Part shown: positions 51,189 through 59,485 of the stretch, piece by piece
How positions within the stretch are numbered: position 1 is the stretch's first letter
How the letters are laid out: every line of letters starts with the position of its first letter
Origin: Candidatus Scalinduaceae bacterium
Lineage (GTDB): Bacteria; Planctomycetota; Brocadiia; Brocadiales; Scalinduaceae
Length of the DNA: 64,000 nt
Reading direction: 5' to 3'
Assembly (NCBI GenBank): GCA_046759445.1
Contig: JBHICG010000005.1
Location: forward strand, 32,001 to 96,000
Translations under genes and position numbers: made by a program
The notes under the pieces: generated by a model
Told to the model about the DNA's origin: nothing
What the model saw: only the letters and a program-made list of their open reading frames with translations
Database searches by the model: none

Positions 51189-53288
51189 TTAGAGCTGACT
51201 CAAAAGCTGAATTGCTTCCAGTACAAGAGGATAGATGAGAGCTTGTGTGGGACAATCCTTAATCCAATCGTTCTTATCAGGGCTTCCTGTTAAGGCGCAA
51301 CCATCCATCTTTTTCAGTATGTCATTTTCAAGCTTATTCAATGCATCCTGATATTCACCATTGTCCAGCTTGTCAATCACCGTATTAAGCTTACTCGTTA
51401 ATGCCTTTTGGTTGTTTGGATTTTTAAATACTCCTGAGTTTGGATCCAACAAGTTGATTTCATCAATAGATTCCTGAACCTTTGTTATCGTGGCTGTTGA
51501 CTGTGTGACAGCAGTGATAGTTACCATGCTTGGATCACTGTTTACAGAGCCATCATTCACTATCAGGCTTATGATATATGTACCAGCAGCATCAGCCGTA
51601 AATGAAGGATTAGGCGTATCAGGGTTAGCCAGAGTTGCCGAACTGGTAGCGGGTATAGACGTAAATGACCAACTGTACGTCAATGGATTATTATCAGGGT
51701 CGGAGCTTCCGCTTCCATCCAGGACTACTATGTCACCTACAAAGACTGAATCGTCATTACCAGCATCCGCCACGGGGGCTACATTGATTGTGCTTATGCT
51801 TACTGTATCAGGAGCGCTATCTACTGAGCTATCATTAACCACCAGGCTAACTACGTAAGTACCTGCAACATCAACCGTAAATGTGGGGTTTACTGAAGTA
51901 GGATTAAGCAGATTTGCAGTACTACCAGCAGGTCTTTGCGTAAATGCCCAACTATATGTCAAACCATCTCCATCAACATCCCAGCTATTACCTCCATTCA
52001 GGACTACTGTATCTCCCACAAATACAGACTGATCACCTCCAGCATCTGCTATGGGGGCAGAATTAAGTGTGCTTATCTTTACCTCATCAGGTGTACTGTC
52101 TACGGTGCTGTCATTGACTGTCAAACTTACTACATAGTCCCCCGATTTATCGACCGTAAATGTAGGATGCGCTGGATCGGATGGATTCACAACCAACGTT
52201 GCAGTGCTGTCAACGGGCTTTGATGTAAATGACCAATTAAATGTTAAAGAATCACCATCTACGTCAGAGCTTCCACTTCCATCCAGCGTTACCAGATCAT
52301 TAACGAATACCGATTGATCAGGACCTGCATTTGCGACAGGGGCTGAATTGAGCGTGCTTATGGTTACAGTATCAGGATCACTATCTATAATACCATCGTT
52401 AACCGTCAAACTTACTACATAGTCCCCCGCTTTATCAACCGTAAATGCAGGATGCGCCGGATCAAGTGGATCTATGACCAAACTTGCCGTACTACCGGCA
52501 GGTTGTGATGTAAAAGACCAATTAAATGACAGTTGATCACCATTGGCATCCCAGCTTCCACTTCCATCCAGCGTTACCGGGTCACCCACAAATACTGACT
52601 GGTCTGGCCCGGCATCTGCCACTGGGGTAGCATTACCACCGGAACAGTTGACAAACAGCCAATTCGTATTATTGCCACTATCTATGGAATTACATGCATA
52701 GATTACGTCTCCATCAATCTCCTGTGAATGGCTAACGTTCAGATAATCAACAATAGTCGTTGGCGTGTTCAGATACCAGTTAGTCAAGGGTGTCAAAGGA
52801 GCAAGCGTTATATAATTGCCTGATGAACCGTTCACGTTAAATGTAGAAGATATTGTATGGAAACCACCAGTTTCAAAGGACAATTTCTTGACACCTGTTG
52901 TAGCGTTTAGGGTGTCACAGTAAAGTTCATCAGTAAATGCAACACCTGATGAATGTGAATTCAGAACGTCAAGTACGTAAAATGCCGAGCTTGATCCACC
53001 TGTTAATACAGACTGTTGATTAGTGGTAGAGTTGAGAATTACCGTACCTGTGCCGGAAATAAAACTGCCTAAATTATTTGTCCAGTCACCATCCAGGCTA
53101 ATCTCTCCTGTATTTAATTGAAGCGTTCCAGCATTATCAACGTCTCCTCTCACATCCATAGCGCTGGTGTTTACGTTGAAAGTATGGCCAAATGGTATCG
53201 TAACCCCCGCAGCGTGAACTGAGCTGGTGCTTATTATGCCGATTAAGGCCGTTAATAATAATATGAATCTAAATCTAAACCTGAACAT
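51189..53288 (-). CDS. Secreted PKD/REJ-like Ig-repeat surface protein
   Basis: Signal peptide (VHA|A), beta-rich N-domain, four ~95-aa repeats PVADAG.DQSV.VGD.V.LDGSGS.D.DGD.LT..WSFT..P..S, helical C-terminus with Cys pair. Confidence 0.88.
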   Translation of the reverse strand: MFRFRFRFILLLTALIGIISTSSVHAAGVTIPFGHTFNVNTSAMDVRGDVDNAGTLQLNTGEISLDGDWTNNLGSFISGTGTVILNSTTNQQSVLTGGSSSAFYVLDVLNSHSSGVAFTDELYCDTLNATTGVKKLSFETGGFHTISSTFNVNGSSGNYITLAPLTPLTNWYLNTPTTIVDYLNVSHSQEIDGDVIYACNSIDSGNNTNWLFVNCSGGNATPVADAGPDQSVFVGDPVTLDGSGSWDANGDQLSFNWSFTSQPAGSTASLVIDPLDPAHPAFTVDKAGDYVVSLTVNDGIIDSDPDTVTISTLNSAPVANAGPDQSVFVNDLVTLDGSGSSDVDGDSLTFNWSFTSKPVDSTATLVVNPSDPAHPTFTVDKSGDYVVSLTVNDSTVDSTPDEVKISTLNSAPIADAGGDQSVFVGDTVVLNGGNSWDVDGDGLTYSWAFTQRPAGSTANLLNPTSVNPTFTVDVAGTYVVSLVVNDSSVDSAPDTVSISTINVAPVADAGNDDSVFVGDIVVLDGSGSSDPDNNPLTYSWSFTSIPATSSATLANPDTPNPSFTADAAGTYIISLIVNDGSVNSDPSMVTITAVTQSTATITKVQESIDEINLLDPNSGVFKNPNNQKALTSKLNTVIDKLDNGEYQDALNKLENDILKKMDGCALTGSPDKNDWIKDCPTQALIYPLVLEAIQLLSQL

Positions 53289-53352
53289 AATAACCTTCCT
53301 TTCTTTTATTTATGTAGTATTTTTGGCTATTTTCAAAGATACTCTTAACCAT

Positions 53353-54477
53353 TTAAATCTTATCCTCAAGGTCCCTTACCTTTGCAGAAAGTTCGGATAT
53401 AATCTTTTGCTGCTCCTGAACAACCTTGGTCAATACTGCTGCTATATCCATAGGAGATAAACCTTTACGATCTTGAGTGGCTACAAGTTCCGGTACGTCT
53501 TCAGCAATAAATCCAAGGTGTTCTTCTCCAGACCCTTCAGTTTTATATTCAAACCTTACCGGATTGAGATCATTTAATGCGTCCATTGCCTCCTTTGTTG
53601 ATATATATGATATATTCTTTTTAAATTCTCTGGATGAGCCTTGGCTTAATGTCCCTGTTATAGTTAGATTACCTGAAGAACGATCTAATCTCATTGCAGT
53701 AGTAAAATTAATATCGGCGTCAGCGGTACCGTTGGGTGCAGTTAAAAAGAGAAAGTCTCCATTAGTAACTTGCAACACGGCAGCCTCAGCATTTGATGCA
53801 ATGTATTTAAAGAGCCCATTAGAACCTGTGTAAGTGTTCAGATTTAAACTAACAGTACCGCCATCTCCCCAATCAACAAATGCTCCCAGTGGACCTAATT
53901 GTACAGCTTTATAGTTAGGATGCCAGGTCTTAAGACTACTGTTGCCTATGCCGACGTTGCCGCTTGTATCAATAACCATATCTACACTAGAAGAAGAACC
54001 ATTTGTAAAAAATTTAATACCATTACCAGCTTCTGCCCCCAAAGTCAAATCTATATCCGAACCTTTGCCACTCATTGAAGCAAATGTGCCTATTCCCCAT
54101 CTCCATGCCCCATTTATGGATCCAATTACAGATGGTCCTTTTGCATCAGCTGTATCAACCTGTATAGTTCCGAAAGTAGTTGCACTCTTTACATGTAAAG
54201 GTTTTGTTGGAACCGGCGTGCCAATGCCGACATTGCCTTCTACAATCAAGCCATAGACCGGAGAGCCAGGAGAGCTATGGCCAGCAAAAACCGGCCCAAT
54301 ACCGACGTTGCTATCTCCCCTTGCTCTCATAACTGTATCACCACTTGAATTCTTAACAGTAAACCCACTGTTTATGTCACTACTATCAAGTGTTACTTCA
54401 GTATCAGCAGCATAAGTAACTGAACCTACTCCTAAAAAGAATACACATAAACCGACTAAGATATTTCTCCTTATCAT
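53353..54477 (-). CDS. Secreted tail-fibre-like protein with C-terminal peptidase S74 intramolecular chaperone
   Basis: Signal peptide (TYA|A), three (G/S)NVGIG repeats, GSSREFKKNI...L..L.PV.F.YK...HLGFIAEDVPE and a terminal coiled coil. Confidence 0.85.
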   Translation of the reverse strand: MIRRNILVGLCVFFLGVGSVTYAADTEVTLDSSDINSGFTVKNSSGDTVMRARGDSNVGIGPVFAGHSSPGSPVYGLIVEGNVGIGTPVPTKPLHVKSATTFGTIQVDTADAKGPSVIGSINGAWRWGIGTFASMSGKGSDIDLTLGAEAGNGIKFFTNGSSSSVDMVIDTSGNVGIGNSSLKTWHPNYKAVQLGPLGAFVDWGDGGTVSLNLNTYTGSNGLFKYIASNAEAAVLQVTNGDFLFLTAPNGTADADINFTTAMRLDRSSGNLTITGTLSQGSSREFKKNISYISTKEAMDALNDLNPVRFEYKTEGSGEEHLGFIAEDVPELVATQDRKGLSPMDIAAVLTKVVQEQQKIISELSAKVRDLEDKI

Positions 54478-54510
54478 CTTCTATCTCCTTTAAAAAAAAA
54501 TTGAAATTAT

Positions 54511-55578
54511 TTAAATTCTATCCTCTATTACCTTTAATTTCGCAGATAAAGTAGATATTGTTTCTTGCTGTTCTTTAATTGCCTCGATTAACAATGGCAC
54601 TAGTTTGGAATATTCAACACCCTTATATCCATCCTTATTGGTATGAACCACTTCCGGAACCAATTTCTCAACATCCTGTGCGATAATTCCTATATTATGG
54701 TCTTTAGAAAAATTCCTCTCCTTATATTCATCACTACGCCATCTGAAACTTACCCCCTGTAAGTTACTCACCTTTTCAAGAGCACCTTTGAGTGGTTTTA
54801 TATCTTTTTTAAAGCGAACATCACTCGTTAGCACTGTACCGTTAGAACAAACCGAACCTGTTACATCCAATTTGCAACCGGGGTTTGTTTTACCGATGCC
54901 GACGTTGCCATTTCCTAAAATGATCATTCTGTCGCTTGAGCTTCCAGCGCCAAATCTCATTGCTCCACCATTTGCCCAGTCGAAACTATAGAATATTTCA
55001 CCGCCAACGTTACTATCTGGAGAACCAAAGGCAAGCCTGGCATCGTTGTTAGCACCCGAAGTTAAAATTGATATTCCTGCATGAGCACTACCTTCCACGA
55101 CAAGGTCATCTGCATTAGAATATGGAGAAATACCCGCATTCCCTTGTTTAATGTGTAGTTTACCAGACGGACTCGTTGTACCAACGCCGACATTGCCGTT
55201 CTCTGCTATACCAAATCTCCAGACTGGAGCACCATCATCTATAAAAAAAAGTCCTTCGCTAAGAGCCTGCATTCGCCAGGTTTTTGTTCCTATTCCTGAC
55301 GTCATCCGTATCATTGGTTGATCGGTTCCAGTAATACTCAAAGCATCGTTACTTGCTCCAGTTTCAATATGCAATTTCGCCCCAGGGCTCGTCATACCTA
55401 TCCCGACGTTGCCATCGCCCCCGGCACGTATTATTGTTTCACCATTAGCTTTTTTCACTGAAAAGCCACTATTTGCATCATTACTATCAAGTGTTACTTC
55501 CGTATCAGCTGCATAAGTAACAGAACCTACTCCTAAAAAGAATACACATAAACCTACCAAAATATTTCTCTTAAACAT
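54511..55578 (-). CDS. Secreted tail-fibre-like protein with C-terminal peptidase S74 intramolecular chaperone
   Basis: Signal peptide nearly identical to the neighbour's, three GNVG(I/V)G repeats, TSDVRFKKDI...GIIAQDVEKLVPEVV...VEYSKLVPLLIEAIKE. Confidence 0.88.
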   Translation of the reverse strand: MFKRNILVGLCVFFLGVGSVTYAADTEVTLDSNDANSGFSVKKANGETIIRAGGDGNVGIGMTSPGAKLHIETGASNDALSITGTDQPMIRMTSGIGTKTWRMQALSEGLFFIDDGAPVWRFGIAENGNVGVGTTSPSGKLHIKQGNAGISPYSNADDLVVEGSAHAGISILTSGANNDARLAFGSPDSNVGGEIFYSFDWANGGAMRFGAGSSSDRMIILGNGNVGIGKTNPGCKLDVTGSVCSNGTVLTSDVRFKKDIKPLKGALEKVSNLQGVSFRWRSDEYKERNFSKDHNIGIIAQDVEKLVPEVVHTNKDGYKGVEYSKLVPLLIEAIKEQQETISTLSAKLKVIEDRI

Positions 55579-55782
55579 TCTTTGCCTCCTTAAAATAATA
55601 AATATTTCAATATAAAATGCAAAATTACGGCAATTACTTTAATGCAAAATTGCTAAGCAATTCAGTAATAACTGAATTGCCTTAATCCCAAATCCAACTT
55701 TCATAGCTCATTGATTATGTAGCGGCCAATATATAACTCCTCACAATCCTTTCCCTACCTGTAAAAGACAGATACATTCATA

Positions 55783-55858
55783 AAACAAAAAAAGCCTTAC
55801 TGCAAAGATATTAATGAAATCGATGTGAATTCACATAAGCCATCCCTGGCAGTAAGGC
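55783..55858 (-). terminator. Riboswitch expression-platform terminator
   Basis: On the minus strand GCCTTACTGC (55858-55849) pairs with GCAGTAAGGC (55803-55794), followed by TTTTTTTGTTTT. The 5' arm overlaps the aptamer 3' end. The loop is long (45 nt). Confidence 0.75.
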
Positions 55859-56080
55859 TGTCTTTTAAAACTATTTCCTTAAAAGTCTTACGAACCTTTA
55901 CTTAGTTTCTGTTGCGGTGAGCCATCAAACATATGTATGACCTATCGCAGCAAAAACTACTTGTAGCCCTGTACGATTAAAGACCCTTTAGCTTTGCGCT
56001 CCAACTGAAGCTGACCCATTGTGCTGCTTAAGAGAACAATGACAGCCTCGCTCAAGGATTTGCCTTTATTCGGATACGGT
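55840..56080 (-). ncRNA. Cyclic di-GMP-I (GEMM)-like riboswitch with large insertions
   Basis: Minus strand has, in order, AAAGGCAAATCC...GCGA...GGAGCGCAAAGCTAAAGGGTCTTT...AAAGACAGCCTTACTGCC, the GEMM-I hallmarks. CCGTATCC/GGGATGG can form P1. Lies 5' of the adhesin genes. Confidence 0.8.
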
Positions 56081-56156
56081 CTATTATCAAATAACGTTCC
56101 CTGTCTATGTCTGCCGAGAAGCAGGAACAGGCATAAACGTTATGATTCCCTATAAG

Positions 56157-56481
56157 CTCGTACAAAAGCAAGATTAAAAGTCAGGAAATTCGATTGATTT
56201 ATTTGAAGTGTTTCGTGAACCTTGAAACGCAATGTAATTATGTATGATCTGCTGTTTCTAAAGAACGCAGATATAGGTGAGAATAAATGCGTTACCATAA
56301 TGGTAAAAGTGGCTTTTCCCATTACTAATACTCCTATTAGTACAAATGTGGGTAATCACGTCAATATACAAGGTATTATAAGACGCAATATGATAAAATA
56401 ATATTACTAATTGTCAAGCATAAACAGGCAATGACAGGAAATATTTTTCTATGTCATGGAGTGTCTAAGACTGTCTAAGAC
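56157..56481 (-). repeat. Conserved ~300-bp intergenic element, copy B (upstream of the riboswitch)
   Basis: Diverged homolog of 5690-5996. Includes phased repeats at 56452-56481 and TTGACA-N16-TATCAT starting at 56417 on the minus strand. Confidence 0.8.
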
Positions 56482-56564
56482 AGATTATACGACTAAAGAC
56501 TAGAGAGAATGTTCACTGTTGTAATGTACACTTTGAATCTATTGTAAAGTTTTTCTTTTTTGAG

Positions 56565-57197
56565 TTATCGGGTATACCTTTCGCCGTATCTTTCATTGTA
56601 AGTTAACTTATCGATGCTTAGTCTTGGCCTTGGTTCAGGGTTTTCGTCAGGAACGCCAACGGGTAAAAGGGCTATTACCTCAACAAATTTAGGAATGCCA
56701 AGAATCTCTTTTACTTTATTGTCTTCATACCATCTTACCCAACAGGTTCCGAGACCAATTTCAACCGCTTGCAGGACAATGTGTTCTACAGCTATTGATA
56801 CATTTGCCGTTGCAGCCAGGATAAGGCCCTCTTTGGTAACAGAACTCATGCCCTTTTTAAGGTACGGAATAAAGATGTCCCTTGTCCTTTCAGGGAGTGC
56901 ACCTGATTCTATTAGTTCATCCACCCTTTTTGGAAATTCCTTAAATGCCCTCAAATCTGCACAACAAGCAATTATTACGGGCGCTCGTCTAATATGCCTT
57001 TGATTGTGTGCTGCTTCTTGTAGTTTCTTTTTAGTATCGTCATCTTTAACTATGATAAATCTCCATGGTTGTGTATTTGTCCCTGATGGCGCCAGCCTGG
57101 CGCTTTCAAGCAAAAGCTTGATCTTTTTTTCTGGAATAGGGTCTGGTTTGAACTTTCTTATACTCCTGCGCTTTTTTATGGCTTCACAAACATCCAT
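56565..57197 (-). CDS. Nitroreductase family protein
   Basis: AIKKRRSIRKF, LAPSGTNTQPWRF, GLGTCW and PRPR motifs. Confidence 0.92.
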   Translation of the reverse strand: MDVCEAIKKRRSIRKFKPDPIPEKKIKLLLESARLAPSGTNTQPWRFIIVKDDDTKKKLQEAAHNQRHIRRAPVIIACCADLRAFKEFPKRVDELIESGALPERTRDIFIPYLKKGMSSVTKEGLILAATANVSIAVEHIVLQAVEIGLGTCWVRWYEDNKVKEILGIPKFVEVIALLPVGVPDENPEPRPRLSIDKLTYNERYGERYTR

Positions 57198-57410
57198 CGT
57201 AATCCTCCTGATATTAGATTAAGGGTAGACATAAGATTGACTATTTTAATACTTACAATATAATAATCAAATAATTCTTGATACAATCATTAAACTCAGT
57301 TTGCACCGCTCATAGTATCAGATATTCCGTGTATACGGTAGTAGGTCAAAACCTTCTTCGGAATACAGTGATACTAGCATGGAAACATTTTATAGGATGT
57401 CCAAAATATC

Positions 57411-58883
57411 ATGATATGTGTACCTGTTACGGCCAGAAATATTGAAGATGCTGTCTTTGAAATGTCATCGGCATCTAAACATGCTGACATAGACATAATA
57501 GAACTGCGTCTTGATTACATTCCTGAAGTAAAAAATGCTGAAATATGTCTGGAAAAGTTGTTAAAAGGAAAGACCAAACCAGTCATTGTCACGAATAGAC
57601 CCAGAAGAGAAGGTGGTAATTTTGAGGGTAGCGAAAAAGATAGATTGTGTTTGTTACAAAAAGCCATAGAACTAGGTGCTGATTATGTTGATGTTGAATA
57701 TGATTCGGCTAGTCATATTTCCAGGCGAGATGGTAGCAAAATAATCGTCTCTTATCACAATTTCAAAGAAACACCTCATAATATAAACAAAATATATGAA
57801 GACATTTCTCAATGTAAACCTGACATAGTAAAGATAGTTACCTACGCAAACGATATTACTGATAACGTCAGGATATTTGAACTTCTAAAGATTGTAAACA
57901 TACCTACTATATCCTTCTGTATGGGAGAATTTGGGTGCATAAGCAGGATTCTTACAAGAAAGTATGGAGGAGTTCTAACCTTTGCTTCACTCGAAAGGGG
58001 TAAGGAGTCGGCGCCCGGGCAGTTGACGGTTGATGAATTATCCAACATATATCACTTTAAAAGTATAAACGTTGATACAGGGATTTATGGTATAGTTGGG
58101 AATCCCATTTCTCACAGTATAAGTCCCATCATCCATAACTCCTCGTTCTCAGAAAAAGGACTAAATAATGTTTATGTCCCCATGAAGGTCTTAGATATTG
58201 GCTCCTTTATTAAGGAATTCAGGAAAATGGATTTGCGGGGTCTTAGCGTTACCATTCCGCATAAAGAAAGTATTATTCCTTTTCTGGATGATATTGAGAA
58301 TACTGCCAGAAAGATTGGCGCTGTCAACACCGTCGTAAACCAAAGAGGCAAATTAATAGGCTATAACACCGATTGCATGGCAGCCATAAAGGGTTTAGTG
58401 AGCAGTATGAGTGGAGAAGAGATTGCTTTAAAAGGCAAAAAAGTTGCCATTATAGGGGCAGGGGGTGCGGCGCGGGCAATTGCATTTGGTTTAAAAGGAA
58501 AAGGTTGTGATATTACCATACATAATCGCACCCTCGAACGTGCACATAAACTGTCTGTTGATGTTGGATGCGGATTTAAAGGATTTGACGAAATTAAGGA
58601 ACTCAACACTGACATTCTCATAAACTGTACATCTATCGGTATGTTTCCAAAGGTTGAAGAATCGCCTGTTCCAAAAGATGTACTAAAGGAAGGTATGATA
58701 GTTTTTGACGCCGTTTATAATCCAATTGAAACAAGGCTTCTCCATGATGCAAAGGAAAGAGGATGCTATACGGTTAACGGACTGACCATGTTCATTAATC
58801 AAGCGGCTGAACAATTCAGGCTCTGGACAAATATAGAACCCCCGGTAGAATTAATGAAAAATGTTGCAGAGGATGTACTATGA
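57411..58883 (+). CDS. aroE: Bifunctional type I 3-dehydroquinate dehydratase / shikimate dehydrogenase (AroD-AroE)
   Basis: ELRLD, EGG.F, SYHNF and SAPGQ (AroD). HSISPIIHN, SVTIPHK, GAVNT, NTD, GAGGAARA and QA..QF..W (AroE). Confidence 0.92.
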   Translation: MICVPVTARNIEDAVFEMSSASKHADIDIIELRLDYIPEVKNAEICLEKLLKGKTKPVIVTNRPRREGGNFEGSEKDRLCLLQKAIELGADYVDVEYDSASHISRRDGSKIIVSYHNFKETPHNINKIYEDISQCKPDIVKIVTYANDITDNVRIFELLKIVNIPTISFCMGEFGCISRILTRKYGGVLTFASLERGKESAPGQLTVDELSNIYHFKSINVDTGIYGIVGNPISHSISPIIHNSSFSEKGLNNVYVPMKVLDIGSFIKEFRKMDLRGLSVTIPHKESIIPFLDDIENTARKIGAVNTVVNQRGKLIGYNTDCMAAIKGLVSSMSGEEIALKGKKVAIIGAGGAARAIAFGLKGKGCDITIHNRTLERAHKLSVDVGCGFKGFDEIKELNTDILINCTSIGMFPKVEESPVPKDVLKEGMIVFDAVYNPIETRLLHDAKERGCYTVNGLTMFINQAAEQFRLWTNIEPPVELMKNVAEDVL

Positions 58884-59407
58884 ATATAGTCTTAATTGGA
58901 TTCAGGGGTACGGGGAAGAGTACCGTTGGCAAACTTTTGGCAGATCGTTTGAAGAGGGATTATGTTGATACAGACGAGTATATCGAGGGTGTCACGGGAA
59001 AAACTATTAAGTATATCTTCAAAGAAGAGGGGGAAGAAGGGTTTCGCAAGACTGAGGCAGATGCTGTTGCAAAATTAAGCAAGATGGATGATAAGATAAT
59101 TGCGGCAGGGGGAGGGGTTGTTCTTAGAAATGATAATGTAAAAAAATTGAAGAATAATGGATTCCTTATACTCCTGGAAGCTACTCCAGAGATCATCCAT
59201 AATCGCATAAAACAAGATGTAAAAACAACCAACCAGAGACCTTCTCTAACGAGTAAAAAGCCATTTGATGAAATCAAACACTTAATAGAACAACGCCAGC
59301 AGCTTTACGAGAACGCAGCCGACTATACAATAAACACATCCTATATATCATGTGAAGATGTTGCTGAAGAGATAGTCACGTTCTTAAAAGACCAAAAAAA
59401 CAGGTAA
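58880..59407 (+). CDS. aroK: Shikimate kinase
   Basis: LIGFRGTGKSTVG, EGEEGFR..E, GGGVV, RP.L motifs. ATGA overlap with aroDE. Confidence 0.95.
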   Translation: MNIVLIGFRGTGKSTVGKLLADRLKRDYVDTDEYIEGVTGKTIKYIFKEEGEEGFRKTEADAVAKLSKMDDKIIAAGGGVVLRNDNVKKLKNNGFLILLEATPEIIHNRIKQDVKTTNQRPSLTSKKPFDEIKHLIEQRQQLYENAADYTINTSYISCEDVAEEIVTFLKDQKNR

Positions 59408-59485
59408 AATTACTTAAACTGAAGAGTCTAAATATTATGTTGCACGAAATACGTTATCGTAATTATGGATTAGAACACTTTACCA

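Noticed and set aside
51490..52640. Diversity-generating retroelement TR/VR pair in the PKD repeats
   Set aside because: The similarity is explained by in-frame domain duplication. Differences do not look adenine-specific and no reverse transcriptase is present.
53353..55578. Prophage or tailocin (tail-fibre genes)
   Set aside because: Both genes have Sec signal peptides, and no capsid, sheath, baseplate, integrase or lysis genes are in the window.
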